64,000 bases of DNA, taken from assembly GCA_964016885.1 (NCBI GenBank), contig OZ024750.1, positions 37,138,001 to 37,202,000 on the forward strand, written 5' to 3'. This document shows, piece by piece, positions 34,318 through 49,304 of this stretch. Each line of letters starts with the position of its first letter. Within the stretch, counting starts at the first letter, position 1. Source of the DNA: Eledone cirrhosa. Taxonomy: Eukaryota. The position numbers and the translations under genes are program-made. The notes beneath the pieces are model-generated. The model had not been told where the DNA came from. It was given only the letters and a program-made list of their open reading frames with translations, and did not search any database.

Positions 34318-34322
<5 letters not shown>
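28953..34322 (+). mobile_element. Retrozyme-like tandem array, 466-bp unit: ~1.9 inverted units (28953-29829) + ~9.6 forward units (29829-34322)
   Basis: Exact 466 periodicity (HHR cores at 30264, 30730, 31196, 31662, 32128, 32594, 33060, 33526, 33992; minus-strand cores at 29191-29197 and 29657-29663); units near-identical. Confidence 0.93.
30257..30301 (+). ncRNA. Type I hammerhead ribozyme of the 466-bp unit
   Basis: aatattg-CTGATGA-gatg(taacaa)catc-GAA-ACTAGT-C-caatatt; perfect core, GUC triplet, palindromic helix III; distal stem ttctctagaaaggccgg/ctggctttctggagaa. Confidence 0.93.
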
Positions 34323-34385
<63 letters not shown>

Positions 34386-34429
34386 TATAAACACACTCAT
34401 GTATATACACACATACACATACAAACCCG

Positions 34430-34492
<63 letters not shown>

Positions 34493-34524
34493 ATACACAC
34501 ACATACACATACACACATACAAAG

Positions 34525-34561
<37 letters not shown>

Positions 34562-34795
34562 TACACACATACATATACGCATATATACACATACATACAC
34601 ATCCATGTATGCGTATACACATACAAACACAACCACACGCTCACACAACTCAGACATACATAATTAAAGGGATATACATACACATGTATACATATATAAA
34701 TAGAGATACATATACACATATAAATATATACACACACACACGCATATACATACACATACATACACACATACATATATATACACACACATATACAT

Positions 34796-34866
<71 letters not shown>

Positions 34867-34972
34867 TATATAAAAATAAATAAATAAAATAAATAAATAA
34901 ATAAATAAATTAATACACACAGTCAGACAAATATGCACACACATACATGTACACATATATATACACATACAT

Positions 34973-35045
<73 letters not shown>

Positions 35046-35085
35046 CATATACATACATATATATATACACATACACACATCAACT

Positions 35086-35118
<33 letters not shown>

Positions 35119-35121
<3 letters not shown>

Positions 35122-35499
35122 AAAGTTATATTTAAATTGTTGGGTTACAACTAGTAAATATTTATAACTGATATAAAAGCACTCAACAATTATTTGGAGT
35201 ATATTTACGATACTAAATAAATGGAAACTACATCTACAAAAGCATATCTATCTCATCATACATACCTCAGGGACATCACACTAACAATATGCTATGCCCT
35301 CCTCAGACAAAATACTGCCAAATCAACTTTTTAAATACAAGTCGATGTTGAACGGTATGTCAAATCTATTTATTTATAAAACTGTCTATATTGTATTTTG
35401 TCTGAAGAAGGCACAACACATCGTCAATATGATATCCCTGAAACATATATAATGAAACAAACATGGCCCTACAAATACAGCCTCCATTCATTCAACATC

Positions 35500-35502
<3 letters not shown>
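35119..35502. mobile_element. Family C inverted-repeat cassette inside PLE B, heavily T>C mutated on the + strand
   Basis: Arms ~35200-35315 and ~35395-35502 compared with unmutated copies at 39812-40268 and 45620-45807. Confidence 0.85.
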
Positions 35503-35555
<53 letters not shown>

Positions 35556-36925
35556 TCCCATATACATGCGCACATACGTACATATATACACATACACACA
35601 TATACACACAGACGTACATATGCGCATACATATACATACACACATATACCCACATAAATACATAGATACATATATATATATATATACATATATATATACA
35701 CATATATATACATATATATACATACATATATATATACACACAATCATACACCCTTATTTACATGCGCACATATGTATTTTTATACTCACATACAAACACC
35801 CGAACATACATACCTACCTACATATACATACATACATCCACGCTTACAAATGCAAATAATAATAGGGGGGGAGGGGGGATTATAGTAAATATAGGTTTCA
35901 AGAAACATAGAATATTAATCTGCATTTAGATCATAATATGTGTTTACATAGTAGTTTCAGTATTAGGAAATGTAAGAAAGAAGGCAAAATTATGCATATT
36001 AATATAAGTAGACTATTAATTATAGGTTAACTAAATTAAAGATAGTTATTATATTGATTTCTAAGGTGTATACTACTTAGGTTTATAATATTTGAAGCGG
36101 AATTTTGAAGTTAAATAGTAGTAGAGTATTAATTATAGTATAACTAAATTAAAATTATTAACGTTATGGTATCAATATTAGGAAATGAATTTAGTAATAG
36201 GGAAAAAAACCAAATAAAGTATTACATCGGTAGTAGAATATAAATTATAGGTTAACTAAATTAAAAATTATATATTAATTTCTATAGTATATGTTAATTA
36301 GGTTTATAATAATTAAAACAGATATTGTATTTTATCTATAGTAGAATATAATTATAGGTAAACAGAAATTAAAATTAATATATACACATATATATATACA
36401 CACATATATATATACATATATATATATATATACATATACACACACATATATATATATATACATATTTTTTCAAAAATTGCAAAGAATATATTAACTAGGT
36501 ATACATCCAAAACCTATCTCACTCTATAATTACATGACACTCTGCAATCCATCTGTATTAGGATTTTAATTTTAAGCCAATTAAATTAAATTTTTAGGTT
36601 AACCAAATTAAAACCAAATTATAAATATATTTCTAAAATGTACAATAATTAGGTCTATAATATTAAAAAATATTTCTCTGTCATTGAATACACGATATTT
36701 TGTTATATTTTATCTGTAAAGGAACTTTAATAAAAGGTTAAATAAATTAAAATAAATCTATAAATTAATTTACGAAGTATATATTAGTAATATTTAAAAG
36801 TTTTTCACAATTTATGATTACACAATATTTTATAATCTCATCTGTAGTAGAATTTTAATTAAATTAAATTTATAGGTTAACTAACATTTAAATTAAATTA
36901 TATATTAATTTCTAAAATAATTTTA

Positions 36926-39362
36926 TTAATTAGGTTTATAATATTTAAATGTTTTTCTTAGTTTATGATTACACGATATAATTAATTCCTGTCGTTTATT
37001 TAATAAGATATCCTTAGATTTCATTATTTCAAATAGTTCTTGGGAACATAATCTACATTCATTTCTATTATTTTGATAAGGGGTGGCTCTTTTGAGCACA
37101 CTCCAGGTCATATCATATTCTATATTCTTATTTTTATAACTATTGATTTTTTCTGCTAGAGATGTTGTATTAGCCAGTGCGGCATTTTTAAAAACTATGT
37201 TTGTGGGTATTAAACCTTACCTTAAAATTGTTAGAAGTAGCTCCTATATATGAGCAAATAGAATCTTTAGTTTTAACATTACATTTATAAACTATGTTGT
37301 TAACAAGACAATTTCCTTTTAATGGGCAGTTTGCTTTGTTTCTACAGTTACAACCTTTCGTTAATTCTGTATTTGAGGAGATATTATGGTTAGTTTGATG
37401 TATTGGTGGTATACTTATGGTATTCTTACATTTATATGCATTATAGGCGCTTATATTTTGTTTTATGTTATTGGTTGTTGAGTATGAGAATTTAACTGTA
37501 GACCTATTTAAGATTTGATGGTATTTGTGGTTTGGCGGGAAGTTTTTCTCTAGGATATAAACAAATTTTTTAGCAATATTATCCTTAATTTGTAAATTAA
37601 ATGGAGCATTATACCAAGTAACTCGTCTATTACGGTTTCTATGTTGTTTATTATTTTTATAGGTTGTATCGTGATGTTTACTAGGAGGATTAATGTTAAT
37701 GATCTCACCACGCACATTTTTAGTTAGATTTATAGATTTAGGTGTTTTATCTTGTTTATTAGGAGTTTTATTATTAACATTTATTAGAGTTGTATGATGA
37801 GTAGTTTTTTGAGAGTTACTATACTTTATATTAGAAGAGTTGTTGGTATTTTGGGGTATAGTGTGGGTGGCATTTAGGTGTGTACTTATCATTTGGTGTT
37901 TGTTGGTAATATTAGGTTGTATGTTTATAGTATTTTTAGTAGAAGGTATATATTCTAATCTATTTTTGTGGCCACTTCTATCTAGAGCTTCGTTATAGAA
38001 GGTCGCATTTTTATCAAATACATCTTGGTTAGAAGAAAGGTTAGAAATTCTAAGTGATATATTATATGCAAGGTTTTTAAGGATAGATTTAGGGTGATTA
38101 GATTGTGAGTGTATGTAGTGTAAGTTTTGGTTGGGTTTATGGTAAGGTTGGTAGATACCCGTAGCTAAGTCTAAAGTTATATCTAGGAAATTAACTACTT
38201 TACTTGTTTTTTCAAAAGTAATATGAAGACTATAATAGTCTTTAAGGAAAGTTCTAATATGCTTTTTGTTTTTTTCTATTTCTGAAAGGCTAAGGTTGTT
38301 GGAAAGAAGAAGACAGTCATCACGATATAAACCACCTTTAAGGTGGGGAAAGGAGGCATTTATGTTGAAAAGGAGAAAGAGGCCCACAAGATCAGTAATT
38401 TGGGCGGAATCGCTTGAACCCATAGTAATATCAAATAGATTACTATATGTGTTTCTGGTCCAGTATTCATTCTGAAATTCAATAAGTGTTAGTCTAGCAT
38501 GTGTAATAATATTAATGTCATCCAAAGTTAAGTTAGATCTATTTTTAGCAAATATCAATGCTTTGTTCAGGAGTATAGGTGATATAGAAGAATAGTAATT
38601 ATCTATATCAAATTGTAGAAATGAAGCAGAAGATTTACATCTAATATTTTTAAACCAGTTAATTACCTGGGAAGTGTTTTCCCAGAGTGGTAAATTAACG
38701 TGTTTTCTTATTTGTGGGATGACTCTATCCAAAATTTTTTTGCTAATTATTCCAATATCAGATTTGGAGGGACATATAAGTCTTATAGAAGGATTTGAGT
38801 TAAAGTTTGATTTATGATCCTTCAGGTTGAAGTGTGGTCTTTTCAATGCCAAAGGTTCAGTTCTATCTTCAATGTTTAGTTTTTTTACTATGTTGTGTGT
38901 TTTGTTGTTGATGTTGGTGAGTGACGCATTATTAGATTTTTTATAATTTTTCCTGAGTTCTTTATATATGAACTCATTATAATCTTCAATATCCATGTGA
39001 TACAAGTTACCAGTTTTGTCCGAGTGGACATGGATTTTTTTAGACTTTTTTAGGTCCAATAGGGTAGAATCAAGGTCCTTTTGAAAGACAGATTTATACT
39101 TCTTAAATTTGAGGTGTTTAATTAAATTAAAAAGGTCTTTCTCAAAGTCTTCAAGCAAAGAGTTGTGTGGTGGATTCTTGTAAGTATTGAAATCATACAT
39201 ATATTTCCTATCTGCACATTTAGATTTTTTATCGAAGTGGTAGGCCCTCCATCTAACTCTTCTGATAAATTGGTTAGTTTTTTGAATCATAAGGAGTAAG
39301 AAGTCATCCTTAGAAGGTATTGGTATGTTCTTTAAAGAGGTTCCCAAGTATTGTTTTTCCAT
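36926..39362 (-). pseudogene. PLE family B RT + GIY-YIG ORF with one frameshift in a homopolymer near 37190
   Basis: MEKQYLG start; SDKT, QFDIDNYYSS, TMGS, YRDD; CNCRNKANCPLKGNC; IVY..YIGAT; C-terminus continues in the 36926-37111 ORF. Confidence 0.9.
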
Positions 39363-39604
39363 TGTGATATGGATGATGGACAATTGAAAGAGCTCAACTA
39401 AATGTATATGGGTTTACAAAATCATACATATATATGTATATACATAAATATAAAATTAACACACACATACAGTACAAAAATACGAATATTTCCGTGAAAA
39501 TAGGAGCAAAATTATGTAGATAAATCTACCAAGAGTTTACGGTAGTGTCCAATCCGTATGAAGAACTCAATGTAATCCGGATATCATGGAAAGAAGAGAT
39601 GCAG

Positions 39605-39761
39605 TGATGTCCCTGAGGTATGTATGATGAGATAGATATGGTTTTGTAGATGTAGTTTCCATTTATTTAGTATCGTAAATATACTCCAAATACTTGTTGA
39701 GTGCTTTTATATCAGTTATAAATATTTACTAGTTGTAACCCAACAATTTAAATATAACTTT

Positions 39762-39813
<52 letters not shown>

Positions 39814-40330
39814 GGAAAGTTATATTTAAATTGTTGGGTTACAACTAGTAAATATTTATAACTGATATAAAAGCACTCGACAAGTATTTGGAGTATATTT
39901 ACAATATTAAATAAATGGAAACTATATTTATAAAACCATATTTATTTCATTATATATATTTCAGGGATATCATATTAACAATATGCTATGCCTTCCTCAG
40001 ACAAAATACAATATAAACAGTTTTATAGATAAATAGATTCGACATACCGTAACAACATCGACTTGTATTTGAAAAAGTTATGCCAATTCAACTTTTTCAA
40101 ATACAAGTCGATGTTGTTACGGTATGTCGAATCTATTTATCTATAAAACTGTTTATATTGTATTTTGTCTGAGGAAGGCATAGCATATTGTTAATATGAT
40201 ATCCCTGAAATATATATAATGAAATAAATATGGTTTTATAAATATAGTTTCCATTTATTTAATATTGTATATATATATATATATATTTGTAGTTGATGTG
40301 TGTATGTGTATATATATATGTATGTATATG

Positions 40331-40369
<39 letters not shown>

Positions 40370-40481
40370 ATGTATGTGTATATATATGTGTACATGTATG
40401 TGTGTGCATATTTGTCTGACTGTGTGTATTAATTTATTTATTTATTTATTTATTTTATTTCTTTATTTTTATATATATATG

Positions 40482-40530
<49 letters not shown>

Positions 40531-40647
40531 ATGTATATGTGTGTGTATATATATGTATGTGTGTATGTATGTGTATGTATATGTGTGTGTGTGTGTATAT
40601 ATGTATGTCTATGTATGAGTATGTATATGTATGTATGTGTATGTATA

Positions 40648-40720
<73 letters not shown>

Positions 40721-40729
40721 TATATTATA

Positions 40730-40760
<31 letters not shown>

Positions 40761-40792
40761 CTTTGTATGTGTGTATGTGTATGTTGGTGTAT

Positions 40793-40841
<49 letters not shown>

Positions 40842-40897
40842 CGGGTTTGTATGTGTATGTGTGTAAATACATGAGTGTGTTTATATATATGTATAGA

Positions 40898-40974
<77 letters not shown>

Positions 40975-40993
40975 TGTGAATGTATATATGTAT

Positions 40994-41028
<35 letters not shown>

Positions 41029-41269
41029 CATGTGTGTATATATGTATATGTATATGTATTTTTATGTGTATATGTATGTGTCTCTATATGTATGCGTGTG
41101 TGTATGTGTATGTGTATTTATATGGTGTGTGTATGTATATGTATGTGTATGTATGTGTTTATGTATATGTGTATGTATATGTATGTATATATATGTATAT
41201 ATATATATATGTATATATATATGTATATGTATGTATATCGATGTATATTTTATATTTTACTTGTTTATA

Positions 41270-41310
<41 letters not shown>

Positions 41311-42105
41311 ATATATATATATATATATATTTTCTTAATATTTTTCTTTTTTCTTTTTCTTTTTCTTTTTCTTTTTATTTCTAAATTTATAGATACATTT
41401 ATAAATAGGCAGTTTGCTGACACCTGTAAATACTGACCTCTTCCTCTTCCCCCCCCCCCACCTACTTTCTGTATCTGGATCTTAATGTGTGTGGCAGTGT
41501 CTATGTGCGCGCATTAATGTCCATATGCTTATGATAATAGTATATACACATATATGTGTGTGGAGGTGTGTGAGTGTATGTATGTTCGTGGTTGTGTGTA
41601 TGTTTATGCGTATACGCGCGTGTGTGTGTGAATGTATGTATATGTGTGAGTATATGAATGTGTATATATTTATTTTTATATTTATATGTTTATATGCATA
41701 TACTTATTTTATCTGTAGATTATAAACATACAGAGACATTAGCCCTGAATTTTTGTATTTACATACATCTTTTCGGCATGCGCATGCATGTGAACATATA
41801 TATTTTTATGCATATCTGTGAACGAAGTTACTTACATATATACATACACCTAACTGTATAAACTTTTTGTGTTTTCATTGGTCAATTTGAACTCTGTTCC
41901 CAAACAGACCTGTAATTTTGAATTGTTGTTATTATCAATAAATATATTTCATTATTTCTGAAGACGGCATATATATATGTGTTGGTATGTATATTTAATT
42001 TTGATAGTTTGTATAATTTTGTATAATTTTATACATAGATCTGTTGAATATGCATGCCAATTCTAACACATATATATCCTAGAAACGATCGTTAAATAAT
42101 GAACT

Positions 42106-42110
<5 letters not shown>
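39605..42110 (+). mobile_element. Inverted tail of the family B insertion (copy of its 3' UTR starting inside the mutated C cassette and ending after the HHR at 41948-42103)
   Basis: 39605-39765 is the reverse complement of 35119-35280; 40270-42110 mirrors the B UTR segments. Confidence 0.8.
39812..40268. mobile_element. Unmutated family C inverted-repeat cassette (HHR core CTGAGGA at 40169)
   Basis: Near-perfect inverted repeat centred at ~40080, TA flanks. Confidence 0.85.
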
Positions 42111-42145
<35 letters not shown>

Positions 42146-42163
42146 ACATATATATATATATAT

Positions 42164-43308
42164 TACTCTTTTACTCTCTTACCTGTTTCAGCCATCCGGC
42201 TGAGGCCATGCTGGGGCACGGCCCTTGTTGCTACACATTTTATCTCCAGCCTGTATAGGTTGGCCACTGGTGTAGGAGGGAGTTTGTTGCTGCTGCCCTT
42301 AGGTTTCCCTCGTGTCTTGCTGTGGACTCATCCGGGATCCTGGATAACAAGGTGTCGAGATGTTTCTTAAAGACATCCACCTCCACGTCATGCAAGTCTC
42401 GCAGATGCCTCGGCAGCCTGTTGAAGAGTTGAGGGCCCCTGAATCCCAGGCTATTGCAATACCTGCTCCTTATTCTAGATGTGGAAGACGGGACCTTTGG
42501 CACCACACAGTGACGTCCTGTTCGACGGTTGGTCCAGCTCCCAATGCCAAAGTTTGGTGCTAGTCCCTCCAGGATTTTCCACATGTAGATCACTGCGTAT
42601 CTCTCCCGTCTTCGCTCCAAGGAGTGGAGGTTCAGTTCCTTCAGCCTCTCCCAGTAGCTTGTCTCCCTCATCTTGGCAATCCTCTTGGTGTAGCTTCGCT
42701 GGATTGCCTCAAGCTCCGTGGTTAGTTTGACACTATGGGGTGACCACAGCTGGGAGCAGTAGTCCAGGCGGCTTAGGACAAAAGTCCTCCACAGTGTCAA
42801 CATGGTGTCTCGATCTCTTGTAAGGAAAGTCCTCAAGATCCAGCCAGCGAATCGTCTACATGCTGTCGCCACCTTCATGATGTGTGAAGAAAAAGATGCA
42901 TCATCGCTCATGTCTATGCCCAGGTCTCGTATCGATTTTGACACGGGGATATCGGTCCCTCCTGGTCCTGTGTAGCTGTGTTCCGCTATATTTGTGTTTG
43001 TGTTTGCAGGTTTGTATTGTAGGGCTTGGAATTTGCCAGCATTAAACTGCATGTTGTTTTCTTCCGCCCATCTGTATATGGCATCCAGATCCTGCTTTAA
43101 GAGGGCAGCGTCAGCCGGGTTTTTGATTGCCTGTGCTACCTTAGTGTCATCAGCATAGCTAGTGAGGGATGTTGTTGCATGCACCACAGAGGGCATGTCC
43201 GAGAGAGCCACCAAAAACAGTAGTGGTCCCAGGACTGTCCCCTGAGGCATCCCACTTGTTATCGGTGTTTCCCTCGAGAGGGCCCCATTTGCTGCGACTG
43301 CCTGGCTT
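42164..43308 (-). mobile_element. 5'-truncated copy of CR1-like family 1
   Basis: Nearly identical to the reverse complement of 8233-9375. Confidence 0.95.
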
Positions 43309-44376
43309 CTAAAAATAGAAATTGAGAACAACCATAGAATAGTCAATTTCCTAGATATAACATTAAATCTCAACACATGTCTTCACTATCCATTTCACAA
43401 GTTGAATGAAAACTTAAACTATGTCAGCTTTAACTCTAACCACCCCAGATCTGTCAAAAACACTATAGTAAACTCTGTTCAAAAACGTATCTCTAGAATC
43501 TCGTCTAATAGAAAGATTTTCGACGAAAAAGCCCAGTACTACAATGAAGCGTTAGCTAGAGCAGGATATAGTGATAAGATTATGTACATAGATAATGATA
43601 GACAAACTAAACAAAATAACAACTATTTTAATTACGGCCACAACCTTAACAACTATAATAGAAAGCATTACAATAATTCCAAAAGCCAAAAAAGAAATAG
43701 AACTAGGAACATAATATGGTTTGCCCCCCCTTTCTCACTAAACATTAAAACCCACATCGCTAAACTATTTTTTAAAGCTCTTGATAATCGCTTCCCTAGA
43801 ACACATAGGTATCACTCAATTTTCAATAGACATACTATAAAATTAACCTACTCATCCACCAAAAATTTAGCACAAAATATTAATAGAATAAATAATAGGA
43901 ACTTAAAACCTAGCGATAATAGCATAAATAATATACAAGTTAACAAATGTAACTGTAGAGATAGATCTAAATGTCCGTTAAATAACAACTGCTTAGTTAA
44001 AAATATAATATACAACTGTAATGTTAAAACGGACTCTAATTCTTTTAACTACGTCGGTTCCACATCGACGGAATTTAAACTTCGCTATAATAACCACAAG
44101 AATTCTTTCACAGATCCAAGCAAAAAATCTTCAACAGCACTATCAGGCGTACTCTGGCAACTTAGGCAAGATAACGTTAGATATTCGACGGCTTGGAATA
44201 TAGTCTCAAGAGGGATTCCTTTTAATTCATCCTCTGAGACATGTGACCTCTGCGCGGAGGAGATATTCTTTATACTAAAATCTAAAAATTCCCTTAATCT
44301 ACGGACAAATTTATTCAGTTGCTGCAAACATAGATTGAACTCAACTTTTAAATATAAATTTAAATTTAAAATGTAG
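43309..44376 (+). pseudogene. 5'-truncated Naiad-type PLE ORF (family C): RT thumb, linker, GIY-YIG
   Basis: LKIEIENNHRIVNFLDITLNL.., RNRTRNIIWFAPPF, CNCRDRSKCPLNNNC, IIY..YVGST, CDLC. Confidence 0.9.
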
Positions 44377-45698
44377 TATATTTAGTTTGATTTGTAATTA
44401 TTTGGGAAACTAGCCGATAAATCTTTCGATTTCTTCTTTTTATTCTTCTTTTCATTTTTATTTTATTTTAAACATTCTTCATGAAAAATTAAACTACCCT
44501 AAAAGTTGATGCTCCAAATATATCGAATAAACGTTACACTAGATAAACTTCTATATTAAATATAAGAACATATGTAGACCAAATGGGCATCCTAAACTTT
44601 TGAAATGATTTCTGCTAGACGCGATTTGGTAAATAATTTTTAGCTTTATCTGTTTTCGACTCTGATGCTAATTGGCAATATATTGTCAATTAATTTTGAA
44701 GGGTTGATCTTTGTGGTCGATTTGCGTGGCATATTATGTTTTTATTTTTATTATTTTAATATTTTTTAATATTTTTAATATTTTCATTTTTAATATGTAA
44801 TATTTTTTAGTTTTCTATTTTATTTATTTGTTTATTATTATTATTATTATTATTATTATTTTTTGTTTTTGTTTCTGATATTTTTATTAATATATTGAAA
44901 TCTGTTCTCTATTTCTGCTTGATAGATAATCATGTAGAGTAAAGACAAGAATAGTATTGTTAAAATTAATATAGACTCTATATATATGTGTATATATATA
45001 CATATATGTATACTTAAATTTTTATAGCACAATGAGAATGTTCTCCGTGTGAAATAGGGGTTTGCAGAGTTGATCACGTAAATTCACATCGATGTTTGTA
45101 GTTATCATATAAACATATGAATTTTTAAAACTAGACATAAGATCATTACTTTTCACACATTATAGATACGTGTCTCATTCAGGAATACTGATATTTACAT
45201 TATAGTGCCTGGTTTTTATACGAACTAATATTTCTACATTAAAACATAGGGTTTTTAAATTCTGCCTCGCCTATGTCTGGTTACTTTTCATTTTTCTCTC
45301 TATATAACGGCTGGTTTCTTTCCTAACCACATATATCTCCCTTACATTAATACTAGAGCTAAATAAATAAATAAATAAATAAATAAATGTATCATTGATA
45401 CGTCGTTCAACTACCTACTTTTCTCTATATATATCTATCTCTATCTATTTCCTCTCTCTATATATCTCTCTCTGTTTCTTTACATGAAGTTCTTCTCTTT
45501 ATCTATCTTTCCATCTCTCTATTTTGTTGCATGCATTTCTTCTTTTTCTTCTTTTTCTTCGTTTTCTTTCTTTCTTTCCTTCTTTCTTTCTTTCTTTCTT
45601 TCTGTTTACAATTTTTCACTGCCAAATCAACTTTTTCAAATACAAGTCGATGTTGAACGGTATGTCAAATCTATTTATCTATAAAACTGTCTATATTG

Positions 45699-45773
45699 TA
45701 TTTTGTCTGAAGAAGGCATAACATATTGTTAATATGATATCCCTGAAATATATATAATGAAATAAATATGGTT
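45699..45773 (+). ncRNA. Family C hammerhead (also at 46451-46525 and 40161-40225)
   Basis: tattttgt-CTGAAGA-agg..catatt(gtt)aatatg..cct-GAA-ATATATAT-A-atgaaata; AUA triplet. Confidence 0.7.
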
Positions 45774-45804
45774 TTATAAATATAGTTTCCATTTATTTAA
45801 TATC

Positions 45805-45841
<37 letters not shown>

Positions 45842-45878
45842 TATATACATATATATCTATATATATATATATAGATAC

Positions 45879-45978
<100 letters not shown>

Positions 45979-46002
45979 GATTGATTCTATAGACACGTTT
46001 TA

Positions 46003-46101
<99 letters not shown>

Positions 46102-46140
46102 TATATATATATATATATATGTACATAAATATATATGTAC

Positions 46141-46273
<133 letters not shown>

Positions 46274-46288
46274 TATATACATATATAC

Positions 46289-46369
<81 letters not shown>

Positions 46370-46371
46370 CA

Positions 46372-46423
<52 letters not shown>

Positions 46424-46643
46424 AAACTGTCTATAAAACTGTCTATATTGTATTTTGTCTGAAGAAGGCATAACATATTGTTAATATGATATCCCTGAAA
46501 TATATATAATGAAATAACTATGGTTTTATAAATATAGTTTCCATTTATTTAATATCGTAAATATACTCCAAATACTTGTTGAGTGCTTTTATATCAGTTA
46601 TAAATATTTACTAGTTGTAACCCAACAATTTAAATATAACTTT

Positions 46644-46648
<5 letters not shown>
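46424..46648 (+). mobile_element. Family C terminal fragment with HHR and distal 3' end
   Basis: Matches 45682-45807 and continues to ...aactttccata. Confidence 0.8.
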
Positions 46649-46720
<72 letters not shown>

Positions 46721-46730
46721 TATATATATA

Positions 46731-46884
<154 letters not shown>

Positions 46885-46942
46885 TATATATATATATATG
46901 TACATATATATGTACATATATATATATATATGTACATATATA

Positions 46943-46999
<57 letters not shown>

Positions 47000-47089
47000 A
47001 CATATATATATATATATATGTGTACATATATATATATATATATGTATAGATATATATGTATATATGTACATATATATATATATGTACAT

Positions 47090-49300
<2,211 letters not shown>

Positions 49301-49304
<4 letters not shown>

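Noticed and set aside
43309-43376. N-terminus of the 378-aa minus-strand ORF
   Set aside because: Antisense read-through into the PLE-C fragment across the junction, not a true start.
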